From positions 44,515-108,514 of the forward strand of contig JBQLZK010000017.1 in the NCBI GenBank assembly GCA_052168235.1: DNA of 64,000 nucleotides, given 5' to 3'. Shown one piece after another: positions 31,730 to 41,566 of the stretch (the stretch's first letter is position 1; each line of letters starts with the position of its first letter). A model generated the notes under the pieces. That model had not been told where the DNA came from. It was given only the letters and a program-made list of their open reading frames with translations, and did no database searches. Position numbers and translations under genes: made by a program. Origin of the DNA: Thainema sp. (GTDB taxonomy: Bacteria > Cyanobacteriota > Cyanobacteriia > Phormidesmidales > Phormidesmidaceae).

Positions 31730-31914
31730 AAGTGAACAGGATTAAAAGTTATAAAGGTCGTAACTTAGCTGCAACTTAGATTATTTTAGTTCTTCTATAT
31801 TGATTCAACGAACGATCGCCAGTACAAATCCTTAAGTAGTGATGTTCAGGCAATGATTCTAGTCTATAGAAACGATTATTAATATGAACCCAGCATTCTT
31901 ACCTTCTGAGAATT

Positions 31915-32045
31915 CCTAAACCTAATCTCTAAAAATCTTAAACGAATGTCTATGCAAACTTAAACTGCTGTGCAGACAATCTTAAACTGCCTCCCTGAAA
32001 ATAATCATGGCTCGTCGTGAGTCGCTTTTGTCTAGACATCTACAC
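31915..32045 (+). promoter_or_regulatory. phnC promoter with Pho-like half-sites and PhnF-type palindromes
   Basis: CYTAAAC at 31915, 31937, 31959, 31981 (22-bp period); perfect palindrome TGTCTAGACA at 32029. Confidence 0.6.
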
Positions 32046-32109
32046 CTAGCTGTTTGGCGAAGTGCTCATTGGTTGTCAGCCAGTACTGTAATTGGGCAGA
32101 TAAGAAGCC

Positions 32110-32952
32110 ATGCAACCAGCTACAAAGAGTACTTTGGAGGCATCCTTTGCCGCCCCCGCTGTTAGCGTTCAGCGACTATCCAAGTTTTTTAGAGGACAAC
32201 CTGCACTCCAAGATGTCAGCCTGCGGGTTGATACGGGTGAAATGGTGGCACTGGTAGGGGCTTCTGGCTCCGGCAAGTCCACGCTGCTGCGGAATCTGAA
32301 CGCCTTGCAGCAGGCGGAGCAGGGCACTGTCGAAATCTTCGGTAGCCCACTGCAAATTGACGGCAAGTTACACTCCAAAGCTCGTCATCTCCGCAGCCAG
32401 ATGGGGTTCATTTTTCAGCAGTTCAATCTGGTCAATCGTCTGACCGTGCTGGAAAACGTGCTGATTGGCAACCTGTCTCAAGTTTCGATGATGCGATCGC
32501 TAATTCGCGGCTTCAGCAAATCGGAAAAACTGCGTGCCTTATCTGCTCTCGAACGAGTTGGTATTCTCAACCAAGCCTACAAGCGAGCTTCGGCACTCTC
32601 TGGGGGACAACAGCAGCGAGTTGCGATCGCACGTTGTCTGATGCAGGGAGCCAAAATCATCCTGGCTGATGAGCCGATTGCTTCTCTTGACCCAGAATCC
32701 GCCCGCAAGGTGATGGAGCTGTTAACCCATTTGAATCAGGAACAGGGCATCACCATCATTACCTCACTGCATCAGGTGCAGATGGTACGCCGCTACTTTG
32801 AACGTGCGATCGCACTGCGCGATGGTACCGTTCGCTTTGACGGTCACATTGACGACCTCGATAACCAGCAGCTCAACCACATCTACGGCGCAGCAGCCGA
32901 AGAACTCGTCCTGAGCGGACATGCCGAAATCTTTTCAGCCTCGCAGGTCTAA
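32110..32952 (+). CDS. phnC: Phosphonate ABC transporter ATPase
   Basis: GASGSGKSTLLR, FQQFNLVNRLTVLENV, LSGGQQQRVAIAR, ADEPIASLDP. Confidence 0.95.
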   Translation: MQPATKSTLEASFAAPAVSVQRLSKFFRGQPALQDVSLRVDTGEMVALVGASGSGKSTLLRNLNALQQAEQGTVEIFGSPLQIDGKLHSKARHLRSQMGFIFQQFNLVNRLTVLENVLIGNLSQVSMMRSLIRGFSKSEKLRALSALERVGILNQAYKRASALSGGQQQRVAIARCLMQGAKIILADEPIASLDPESARKVMELLTHLNQEQGITIITSLHQVQMVRRYFERAIALRDGTVRFDGHIDDLDNQQLNHIYGAAAEELVLSGHAEIFSASQV

Positions 32953-33105
32953 TCCATAAGGAGTAATAGTTCCGTGGATTAGCGTGACGGATATAAATAC
33001 AAGTTTTGAGTTTCGAGTTAACTCAAAACTCAAAACTCGAAATTAAAAACCAGCTTCCCTATCTCTCAATCTTCCTAATAGCCCTAACTACCCAAGGATC
33101 ATGCC

Positions 33106-34161
33106 ATGATGACAACTGCTTTGACCAAATGGTCTGCTCGTTTTCTCTTAGTCCTAGCAGGTTCGGCCCTGATTGCTAGCTGTAGCAGTACTCCTGAACA
33201 GGATGGTGCCACGGCAACTGGCGATGCTGCCGATGCATCCGGTGAAGCTTGTGCGCCAGAGCTAGCTGAAATCGATTTTGGTATTATTTCGACTGAATCC
33301 CAGGACAATCTCAAAACTCAGTGGGAGCCGTTCCTAGACGCAATGGAAGCTGAGATCGGTCGTCCGATCAACGGCTTCTATGCCACTGACTACGCGGGTG
33401 TGATTGAAGCAATGGGTGCTGGCAAAATTCAGCTTGCTTGGTATGGCGGGAAGTCTTACATCGAAGCCGCAGATCGCTCGGATGCCGAGGCGTTTGCTCA
33501 AACCGTTAATTCAGATGGCACTAAGGGTTACTACTCCCATTTAATTACCAACAAAAACAATCCAATCCTGGAAAATATCGACGTTGAAGCTGGCAACGGC
33601 GACAAATACGTGATTGATAACACAGACAGCTTGACCTTTGCTTTCAACGATCCCAACTCCACCTCTGGCTTCTTGGTGCCCAGCTTCTATGTGTTTGCCA
33701 AAAATGGTATCAATCCCAATGAAGCATTTTCAGAGCTACTGTTTGCTGGAAGTCACGAGGCAACCGCCCAAGCCGTTGCCAATAATCAGGTTGACGTGGC
33801 TACCAACAACAGCGAAAACCTGCTGAAGATTGAGCAGGGCGACCCCGAAGCTTTCGAGAATATTCAGATCATCTGGACATCACCTGTTATTCCCAGTGAT
33901 CCAGTGGCGTATCGGAAGGATTTACCGGATTGCTTGAAAGATCAGGTCAAGAACTTCTTCTATAACTACAAAGATGCGGCTGTGCTGGAACCGCTGGGCT
34001 GGCAAGGCTTTGATCCTGCTACCGACACGGATTGGAATACTATTCGTGAGCTGGATATCGGCCAAAAAATGATGGAGGTGCAAAACGATGCCAACCTTAG
34101 CCCAGAAGCAAAGCAGTCTCAGCTTGATGAACTCAACAAACAGCTAGACGCGTTGCAGTAA
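33106..34161 (+). CDS. phnD: Phosphonate ABC substrate-binding lipoprotein
   Basis: Lipobox IASC; FGIISTES, ATDYAGVIEAM, DPNSTSGFLVP, GSHEA, WTSPVIPSDP. Confidence 0.93.
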   Translation: MMTTALTKWSARFLLVLAGSALIASCSSTPEQDGATATGDAADASGEACAPELAEIDFGIISTESQDNLKTQWEPFLDAMEAEIGRPINGFYATDYAGVIEAMGAGKIQLAWYGGKSYIEAADRSDAEAFAQTVNSDGTKGYYSHLITNKNNPILENIDVEAGNGDKYVIDNTDSLTFAFNDPNSTSGFLVPSFYVFAKNGINPNEAFSELLFAGSHEATAQAVANNQVDVATNNSENLLKIEQGDPEAFENIQIIWTSPVIPSDPVAYRKDLPDCLKDQVKNFFYNYKDAAVLEPLGWQGFDPATDTDWNTIRELDIGQKMMEVQNDANLSPEAKQSQLDELNKQLDALQ

Positions 34162-34229
34162 GTCTCTAATTTAGTTCCCCAAATTGTTGATGCTTAGGGA
34201 CGCGAACTTAATCAGGTGAAATTTTTGGG

Positions 34230-34258
34230 GTAGGGACACGGCATTGCCGTGTCCCTAC
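34230..34258. repeat. REP-like palindrome (GTAG type)
   Basis: GTAGGGACACGGC-ATT-GCCGTGTCCCTAC. Confidence 0.75.
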
Positions 34259-34376
34259 GGATAGGACGATTGACAGGCTATTTGATTTGCATTCCTTCGG
34301 TTTTTAAACCGGGTTTCGTATGAGTAGATGTTAATGCTGAAAGTGCGATCGCAGTTTTTCTATTGCAGTTTTTCCT

Positions 34377-35213
34377 ATGACTAAATCTCCCATGTCTGCC
34401 CCGTCCCAGGAACTGGTGGCCACTCCTGCCGCCCGTAACATGCTGGCGCAGGCGCGCCCCATAATTACGCCGCTGCGAATTGGATATTTGATAGTTGCGA
34501 TCGCAGTTTTGATTTATGCGGGCCGATTGAGCGACCTGAGCTTTGTGGAGCTAGTTCAAGGCAGCGGCACAATGGCGGAGTATGTGACCAAGTACTTTCC
34601 GCCCGACTTTACCAACTGGCGATCCTATCTGCAGGATACGTTGGAAACAGTGGCGATGGGCATTTGGGGAACGCTGCTGTCGGCGATTTTAGCGATTCCG
34701 CTGTCGGTGCTAGCGTCGAGTAATATCTGCCCCAACTGGATTGTATTCCCGGTGCGGCGAGTGTTAGATGCCATGCGAGCGATTAACGAAGTCGTGTTTG
34801 CGCTGATCTTCGTTGTGGCCGTAGGTTTAGGCCCCTTTGCTGGTGTACTCGCGCTGTTTGTTCACACAGCCGGTATCCTGGCCAAGCTGTTCTCGGAAGC
34901 AATTGAAGCGATTGAAGTTGGCCCAGTGGAAGGCATTCGAGCCACGGGAGCCAGCAAACTTCAGGAAATCCTATTTGGTGTGATTCCCCAGGTGGTGCCG
35001 TTGTGGACTTCGTTTACCTTGTATCGGTTTGAGTCCAACGTGCGCTCGGCTGCCGTGTTGGGGATTGTCGGCGCAGGCGGCATTGGTGTTTCCCTGTATC
35101 AAAGCTTCCGCGCATTTGAGTATCAGCAAGTCTGCGCCATCATGATTATTTTAATTGTGACGGTGGCCATCATCGATACGGTGTCCGCCAAACTACGGCA
35201 GCGACTGGTCTAG
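34377..35213 (+). CDS. phnE: Phosphonate ABC permease
   Basis: GLGPFAGVLAL, KLFSEAIE, LYRFESNVRSA, GAGGIG. Confidence 0.95.
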   Translation: MTKSPMSAPSQELVATPAARNMLAQARPIITPLRIGYLIVAIAVLIYAGRLSDLSFVELVQGSGTMAEYVTKYFPPDFTNWRSYLQDTLETVAMGIWGTLLSAILAIPLSVLASSNICPNWIVFPVRRVLDAMRAINEVVFALIFVVAVGLGPFAGVLALFVHTAGILAKLFSEAIEAIEVGPVEGIRATGASKLQEILFGVIPQVVPLWTSFTLYRFESNVRSAAVLGIVGAGGIGVSLYQSFRAFEYQQVCAIMIILIVTVAIIDTVSAKLRQRLV

Positions 35214-35247
35214 AGTAAGTCAATTTTTGGAGAGACTTGGAGAGACA

Positions 35248-36156
35248 ATGAAACGACGCAATTTTTTAGCCTATTCGGCTCTATTTCTAGCAGGTTGTAC
35301 AGCTTCCACCACGCAATCTCAGAATAATTCTGGTGATAGTTCCACAGCCCGCCCGCCTGAAACGTTGCGCTTAGCGGTAACCGACGTGCAGGGTTTAGAA
35401 GAGCTACAGCGGGACTATGGCGCATTCCGAGACGAATTAGAAGCCACGCTGGGACGTGCAGTTGAATTCTTCCCGGTGGCCGACCGAGCAGCAGCGGCAG
35501 TAGCGCTTCAGTCCGACCAAGTGGATGTCGTCTTTACCGGGCCAGCGGAATACGTGGTGATTAATGCCAAAACTCAGGCTATCCCTTTCTTGGCGATTAC
35601 TCGGCCCAACTACTTTTCTGCGATCGCAGTTCGAGCCGATAGTGGTATCACTAGCGCTGAGCAGCTTAAGGGGCAGAAGCTATCCATGTCTGATATTGGT
35701 TCCACGAGCGGTCACTTAGGCCCTTCAAAAATTCTGGTCGATCAGGGTTTAGACCCACAGGCCGATTTGGAAGTCCTAATGCTGGGTGATGCCGAACTAC
35801 AGGCGCTGAAGAACGGGGATGTCGTTGCTTGGGGCGGCTCCTACATTGACTATGAGCGCTTCCTGGAAGCAGAAGGAGCAGAGGAATCTGACTATCCCAT
35901 TCTGTTCCGGGGTGAAATGCTGCCCAGTGATGTGATGGTGGCCAGTAAATCGCTTGATCCGGCACTGGTAGAGGAAATGCGAGACAAGATGCTGGCGAAT
36001 CAGGATGCCTTGATTGCCGCCATCACGTCCGTGGATGCCAATGAAAAGTTTGTTGGCTCAGAGCTAGTCTCCGTTGACGATAGTGATTATGATCCGGTGC
36101 GCGAGGCGTATAAAGCCATTGGCGTAGACGAGTTTACCGAATTTGTCGGCAACTAA
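35248..36156 (+). CDS. Second PhnD-family substrate-binding lipoprotein with Tat-like signal
   Basis: MKRRNFL..LAGC; FTGPAEYV, GSTSGHLGP. Confidence 0.85.
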   Translation: MKRRNFLAYSALFLAGCTASTTQSQNNSGDSSTARPPETLRLAVTDVQGLEELQRDYGAFRDELEATLGRAVEFFPVADRAAAAVALQSDQVDVVFTGPAEYVVINAKTQAIPFLAITRPNYFSAIAVRADSGITSAEQLKGQKLSMSDIGSTSGHLGPSKILVDQGLDPQADLEVLMLGDAELQALKNGDVVAWGGSYIDYERFLEAEGAEESDYPILFRGEMLPSDVMVASKSLDPALVEEMRDKMLANQDALIAAITSVDANEKFVGSELVSVDDSDYDPVREAYKAIGVDEFTEFVGN

Positions 36157-36180
36157 CATGTTCTTTCTCTGGCCCATATT

Positions 36181-36963
36181 ATGCTTTCTCTCCAGGTTAA
36201 TCAGCTCGTTAAAGTCTATCCCAATCAAACCTTGGCTCTAAATCAGGTCAGCTTTGCGGCTGCACCAGGCGAAAGCATTGTGATTCTGGGTGCCAACGGG
36301 TCAGGCAAGTCTACGCTGTTGCGCTGTTTAGTGGGACTGGAGAAAGCCACATCTGGACAAATCTTGCTGGGTGATTGGGACGTGACGGCGTTACGCAATG
36401 CTCAGTTGCGGCCAGTGCGGCGGCGAGTGGGCATGGTGTTTCAGCGCTTTAACCTGGTGAAGAACCTCAGCGCGTTTCACAATGTGCTACAGGGTGCTCT
36501 GGGCCGTAGCCGTGGCCCCTGGTATTGGTTCCCCGCCACTGCCCCCGAATATGAGCGACAACGAGCAATGGATTGCTTGGCTCAAGTTAACCTAGCAGAC
36601 CTAGCCACCCAGCGCGTTGATACCTTATCTGGCGGACAACAACAGCGAGTTGCGATCGCACGTATGCTGATGCAAAATCCCGACATTGTGCTGGTCGATG
36701 AACCCGTCGCTAGCCTTGATCCCAAAGCCGGACGAGAGGTTATGGATCTGCTCTGGACAATTGTCCGAGAACGCGGATTAACCGTCGTTTGCACCTTGCA
36801 CCAGCTCGATTTAGCTGTGGAATATGCAGATCGAATTATCGGTTTATCTTCCGGCCAAATCGTCCTCGATCAACCCGCAACCACCCTCAACCCCGACACC
36901 CTCGACTGGCTTTATCACACAACCACAACCGACCCCCTCTATTCTGAAATAGCCTCCTACTAA
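36181..36963 (+). CDS. Second PhnC-family ABC ATPase
   Basis: GANGSGKSTLL, LSGGQQQRVAIAR, VDEPVASLDP. Confidence 0.9.
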   Translation: MLSLQVNQLVKVYPNQTLALNQVSFAAAPGESIVILGANGSGKSTLLRCLVGLEKATSGQILLGDWDVTALRNAQLRPVRRRVGMVFQRFNLVKNLSAFHNVLQGALGRSRGPWYWFPATAPEYERQRAMDCLAQVNLADLATQRVDTLSGGQQQRVAIARMLMQNPDIVLVDEPVASLDPKAGREVMDLLWTIVRERGLTVVCTLHQLDLAVEYADRIIGLSSGQIVLDQPATTLNPDTLDWLYHTTTTDPLYSEIASY

Positions 36964-37056
36964 CCCAAAGCCATTTAACCAATCTAGTTGCGACCAACCA
37001 TTGACCTAACCACGCCTCACCTCTTACTCCCTCACTCCTCACTCTCTTACTTATCC

Positions 37057-37857
37057 ATGCCTACCCCCTCCTACTCCTACCAACCTCCTGTCCGCTGGCA
37101 GCGCCCTTCTCCATTACTGTTTATCTTAGGGCTGATTCTACTTGGGGTATTTCTGCATGGAGTGTCGATTAGTGGGTTAACCCCAGAACGGATGGCTAGA
37201 GGGGTGTTTCGCCTCGCTGAATTCCTCAACGATGCCTTTCCGCCGGATGTTTCCCGTTTACCCAACATTCTCAAAGCAACCCTGGAAACCTTTGAGATGG
37301 CACTGGTTGGCACAGTTTTCGGCGCATTGCTGAGTCTACCTCTTGCCCTGTTAGCCGCTAAAAACATGACGCCTCATCCAGTCATCTATGTCGCAACGCG
37401 CACGCTGATTGGCCTGCTGCGAGCCATTCCTGACCTAATCTGGGGTTTGATTTTTATTGTGGTTGTAGGTTTAGGGCCGGGGCCAGGTGTTTTGGCCATT
37501 ACCGTTGATGTAATGGGTTTCTGCGGACGGTTTTTTGCTGAGCGAGTCGAGGAAATCGAACCTGGTACGGTCGAAGCATTGAGGGCACTTGGCGCATCAC
37601 CAGCAGGTGTTGTTGTGGGTGCAATTTTGCCGGAAACACTGGCGTCATTTGTGGCATCAACGCTGTTTTCCTTAGAATCTTCGGTGCGTTCTGCGGTGGT
37701 CTTAGGACTGGTAGGTGCAGGCGGCATTGGTGTTGAACTGGCAACCTCAATGCAGCTTCTGCGCTACGATGAAGCGCTGACCATCATTTTAGTGATCTTC
37801 TTAGTCGTTATTATGGTTGAACAGATTTCGTCGGCCATTCGTAAACGCCTGATTTAA
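37057..37857 (+). CDS. Second PhnE-family permease
   Basis: RAIPDLIWG, GLGPGPG, LESSVRSAVVLGLVGAGGIG. Confidence 0.9.
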   Translation: MPTPSYSYQPPVRWQRPSPLLFILGLILLGVFLHGVSISGLTPERMARGVFRLAEFLNDAFPPDVSRLPNILKATLETFEMALVGTVFGALLSLPLALLAAKNMTPHPVIYVATRTLIGLLRAIPDLIWGLIFIVVVGLGPGPGVLAITVDVMGFCGRFFAERVEEIEPGTVEALRALGASPAGVVVGAILPETLASFVASTLFSLESSVRSAVVLGLVGAGGIGVELATSMQLLRYDEALTIILVIFLVVIMVEQISSAIRKRLI

Positions 37858-37866
37858 TGCTTGATT

Positions 37867-37970
37867 TATATCAAGTCTGCGCGTAAGAACCCGATTTATT
37901 TTTTGTGAAACGTTTGCGAAGCAAACGTTTCACAAAAAATAAATGATGGGTCTTCAACAAGAATTCATAT
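37867..37970. mobile_element. MITE-like element with a 24-bp-arm GCGAAGC hairpin
   Basis: Degenerate ends TATATCAAGTC..AAGAACCC / GGGTCTT..GAATTCATAT; perfect hairpin 37894-37944; a related right end at ~49166-49198. Confidence 0.6.
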
Positions 37971-37973
37971 TAA

Positions 37974-38063
37974 TAGACTTTATTGGAAATAAGGTTTTTG
38001 GGGTCGGAAATTGTTTTGTAGCGCGGCGGAGCCGCGCTACAAAACAATTTCCGATAAAGTCTA
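37974..38063. mobile_element. MITE-like element with 17-bp TIRs
   Basis: TAGACTTTATTGGAAAT / ATTTCCGATAAAGTCTA (16/17); perfect 24-bp-arm hairpin 38004-38054. Confidence 0.7.
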
Positions 38064-38098
38064 ATGCTTAATTTAAGGGCAAAATCAGTTAATTCAAT

Positions 38099-38767
38099 AT
38101 GAATCAACAGCAGTGGACGGCAGTAGATCAGTATTTTGCCGATGTCTTAGTACCATCTGATGCGGCTTTAGAGCAGGCGCTACAGGCTAGTCAAGCGGCT
38201 GGTCTACCACCTCATCATGTAGCGGCCAATCAGGGAAAGCTATTACAGCTCATTGCTCAAATTCAAGGCGCTAGAAGGATTCTGGAAATCGGCACGTTGG
38301 GAGGCTACAGTACGATCTGGCTGGCACGAGCCGTACCAACAGACGGTCAAGTGGTAACGCTTGAAGCGAATCCTACCTATGCTGAAGTTGCCGCCCAAAA
38401 TATTGCCAGGGCTGGTTTGGCCGAGCGCGTCGAGATTCGAGTCGGTCGAGCCATTGAGACCTTACCACCGCTTCTACAAGACAATGCGGCTCCTTTTGAC
38501 CTAATCTTTATCGATGCCGACAAACCGAGTAATCCGGATTATCTGTACTGGTCTCTGAAGCTGTCTCGCCCCGGTACGGTAATCATTGGCGATAACGTCG
38601 TGCGCGATGGTGAGGTTGCCAATCCTGCCAATTCTGACCCCAAAGTGCAGGGTGTGCGCCGATTTTGCGAACTCATCGCAGCAGAACCCAGATTATCGGC
38701 CACAGCGATTCAAACAGTAGGCAGTAAAGGCTATGACGGATTTGCGATCGCACGCGTCATGTATTAA
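38099..38767 (+). CDS. Class I SAM-dependent O-methyltransferase (CCoAOMT-like)
   Basis: ILEIGTLGGYSTIWLA, FDLIFIDADK, IIGDNVVR, KGYDGF. Confidence 0.92.
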   Translation: MNQQQWTAVDQYFADVLVPSDAALEQALQASQAAGLPPHHVAANQGKLLQLIAQIQGARRILEIGTLGGYSTIWLARAVPTDGQVVTLEANPTYAEVAAQNIARAGLAERVEIRVGRAIETLPPLLQDNAAPFDLIFIDADKPSNPDYLYWSLKLSRPGTVIIGDNVVRDGEVANPANSDPKVQGVRRFCELIAAEPRLSATAIQTVGSKGYDGFAIARVMY

Positions 38768-38978
38768 CGAGTGATATCAACTCCGAATTTCATTTGTGCA
38801 GATAGTGCATGTGAGTAGTGCGATTAATGCGATCGCATATCCAAAAAACATGCCAAACAAAAAGTAGGCTAAACAAAAATTCTCCGCCTGTCAGAGCCAC
38901 GCTGACCGAGGAAGGCCAACGCCTGCTTTGGCAGTGCGGAGAAATCTAAGAGCTCAGGCCAAAAAGAAATCGCTAAAT

Positions 38979-39079
38979 CTCACATCTTGCACCTTGCAGT
39001 TTGAAAACCCGAAGAGGTTGTTTTGCCGCCGCATCGCGGCGGCAAAACAGCCCTTCTGGGTTTTGGTGCAAGATGTGAG
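38979..39079. mobile_element. MITE with perfect 15-bp TIRs and 5-bp target duplication
   Basis: CTCACATCTTGCACC / GGTGCAAGATGTGAG flanked by TAAAT on both sides; internal GTTTTGCCGCCGC-ATC-GCGGCGGCAAAAC. Confidence 0.8.
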
Positions 39080-39191
39080 TAAATCTCCTTAATGCCCATC
39101 GCCGATTGATTTTTCATGTTGCTGTGGAAGATCCAAGCAGCAGCAAGCTAGAATGCTTTATCTAAGATAAAAATCAAAGTTAAAAAGCGTT

Positions 39192-39692
39192 TTAGCCAAC
39201 TGTGGTCTTTGCCATGCCTTGAATGAGGAAGTCAAAGTAGGGAGCTGCTTCTTGTGCATCTTCAGCGGAGAGCAAGCCCAAGGAAGCATCCTTGAGTGCC
39301 CGCATGGAATCTTCCATGCCTTTCATTGGCACACCTAATGCGTTGTACATTTCGCGTGCACCAATCACACCAATTTTTTCAATTGGATCTTTGCTGCCGG
39401 ACAAAATGCCGTAGGTGATTAGACGTAGGTACCAGCCATAGTCACGAATGCACAAAGCACGCTGACGGTCGCCATAGGCATTGCCACCGGGTTGAATATA
39501 CTCCGGATGCTTTTGCCACAGACGACGGCTAGATTCGTCTACGATTTTCTTTTGGTTTTCATTGAGGATTTCAACAATGCGGAGCCGCTGCTCCCCAGTG
39601 CTGAGGAAATCTTCAATCGCTTTTAGTTCTCCGCTAGTGGGATAGCGAAGCTGATCGTCGGCGTTGAGAATAACTTGACTAACTACACTCAT
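39192..39692 (-). CDS. apcD: Allophycocyanin-B alpha subunit
   Basis: [48 protein letters not shown]. Confidence 0.92.
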   Translation of the reverse strand: MSVVSQVILNADDQLRYPTSGELKAIEDFLSTGEQRLRIVEILNENQKKIVDESSRRLWQKHPEYIQPGGNAYGDRQRALCIRDYGWYLRLITYGILSGSKDPIEKIGVIGAREMYNALGVPMKGMEDSMRALKDASLGLLSAEDAQEAAPYFDFLIQGMAKTTVG

Positions 39693-39761
39693 GATTATCA
39701 GAGCATTCAGATAGGAATATCTCTGACAGTGTAACGATTTGAGGGGCCTCAAGGGAAGAGA

Positions 39762-41165
39762 ATGACTACACTAAACCGTAACGATTCGCAACATTCAAGC
39801 TCAGATTCGCTCTGGGAGCAGGGTTCAATTCTGGAGCTGGAGGTGATTGACCTGAGCGACAGCGGCGACGGCGTGGGGCGCTGGCAGCAGCGAGTCGTGT
39901 TTATTCCAGACACGGTACCGGGCGACAGGGTTCGCGTTAGATTAGTCCATGTTAAGAAATCTTACGCTCACGCCAAATTGTTATCGGTCTTAACACCATC
40001 GCGCGATCGCATTCGGCCAGCCTGCATCGTGGCAGATAAGTGCGGCGGCTGTCAGTGGCAGGTGGTGAGCTATGAACGTCAGCTAGAGGCTAAGCGAAAC
40101 CAGGTGATACAGGCGCTGGAGCGGATTGGTGGATTTGAGCAGCCGCAGGTCGAACCTGTGTTGGCGATCGGTGACGCTCTGCACTATCGCAATAAGGCAA
40201 CCTATCCCCTGAGTCGCAATGCGGAGGGGCAGGTGCAGGCGGGTTACTACCGCAAGGGTAGCCATCGGCTCGTGAATCTCAATCAGTGTCCGGTACAGGA
40301 CGAGCGGTTGAATCCCTTACTCGCTCAGGTGAAGCAAGATATTCAGCAGCGGGGCTGGTCGATCTACAATGAGGAACGCCATCAGGGACGATTACGCCAT
40401 TTGTCGTTACGAATCGGACGGCGAACGGGGGAAATTCTGTTAACGCTGGTGACAACGGATTGGCGGCTGGACGAGATTGAAGAACAGGCGGCCCTGTGGC
40501 TAGAGCAGTACCCCGATCTAGTCGGCGTGGCGCTGAATTTAAACTGCGATCGCACTAACCGCATTTTGGGTGCAGAAACTCGTTGCGTTGCTGGAGAACC
40601 TACTCTGACTGAGGTATTCGCTGGACTGCAATTCAAGATTCAACCCACGACCTTCTTCCAAATCTACACCGAGCAAACAGAAGCCTTGTTGGATGTGGTG
40701 ATGCAGGAACTGAATCCTCAAGGTGAGGATATTCTATTGGATGCCTACTGTGGCATTGGTACGCTGACCTTGCCCCTGGCTCAACGAGTCCAACATGCGA
40801 TCGGCATCGAAGTTCAAGCTGAATCTGTTGGACAGGCCCGACAAAATGCGACATTAAACCAGATTCACAATGTGGAATTTCAGGCGGGCAAAGTGGAAAC
40901 CTGCTTGAAGTCCTTAAACATGCAGCCCAATCTCGTTTTACTCGATCCACCTCGCAAAGGCTGTGCAACGGCTGTACTGGATCAGCTTCGTCAGCTTCAA
41001 CCCCAAAAAATCGCTTATATTAGCTGCAACCCAGCCACATTAGCGCGTGATCTGAAGCATTTGTGTGCCGATGGTCAATATCAGTTCATTCGTGTGCAGC
41101 CTGCTGATTTTTTCCCACAAACGGCTCATGTTGAATGTGCTGCTTTCCTGGAACTCCAGCATTAA
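39762..41165 (+). CDS. rlmD: 23S rRNA (uracil-C5) methyltransferase with TRAM domain
   Basis: [50 protein letters not shown]. Confidence 0.93.
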   Translation: MTTLNRNDSQHSSSDSLWEQGSILELEVIDLSDSGDGVGRWQQRVVFIPDTVPGDRVRVRLVHVKKSYAHAKLLSVLTPSRDRIRPACIVADKCGGCQWQVVSYERQLEAKRNQVIQALERIGGFEQPQVEPVLAIGDALHYRNKATYPLSRNAEGQVQAGYYRKGSHRLVNLNQCPVQDERLNPLLAQVKQDIQQRGWSIYNEERHQGRLRHLSLRIGRRTGEILLTLVTTDWRLDEIEEQAALWLEQYPDLVGVALNLNCDRTNRILGAETRCVAGEPTLTEVFAGLQFKIQPTTFFQIYTEQTEALLDVVMQELNPQGEDILLDAYCGIGTLTLPLAQRVQHAIGIEVQAESVGQARQNATLNQIHNVEFQAGKVETCLKSLNMQPNLVLLDPPRKGCATAVLDQLRQLQPQKIAYISCNPATLARDLKHLCADGQYQFIRVQPADFFPQTAHVECAAFLELQH

Positions 41166-41304
41166 GCAGTATTGATCCGCATTAATTTATAGATAGTTGT
41201 CGCTATTGGGGTTGGGGCATTTACAAAACAGCGTTCATATTTTGAACACTGTTAGATTTTCTCTCTGCCTGAACTAATATGGCTACTGCTATGAAGCACC
41301 TGAA

Positions 41305-41409
41305 TAAGTAGGTTGGCATAAATAAACGCATACAAAAAACCAGGGGAGCGCCCCGAAGGGGCGCTCCCCTGGTTTTTTAGTTATGCATTTATTCATATGC
41401 AGCTACTTA
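41305..41409. mobile_element. MITE-like element with imperfect TIRs and a GC hairpin
   Basis: TAAGTAGGTTGGCATAAATAAA / TTTATTCATATGCAGCTACTTA; AAAAAACCAGGGGAGCGCCCC-GAA-GGGGCGCTCCCCTGGTTTTTT. Confidence 0.7.
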
Positions 41410-41566
41410 GAACACCTAAATTCGATGCTGATTAGCTAACAAATGCTTTAACACTGTTGTCTGATAATGTTTTGATTTTGAATGTAGTTTCTCAAGCGGT
41501 TGATTAAAGCTTTTTGACTAAGAAATATTAAAAGCACAACTGTATTCGTCAAACAGTTATGAAACG

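Noticed and set aside
38876..38945. SRP RNA (ffs)
   Set aside because: Lacks the CAGG-CC-GRAA-GG-AGCA core on either strand
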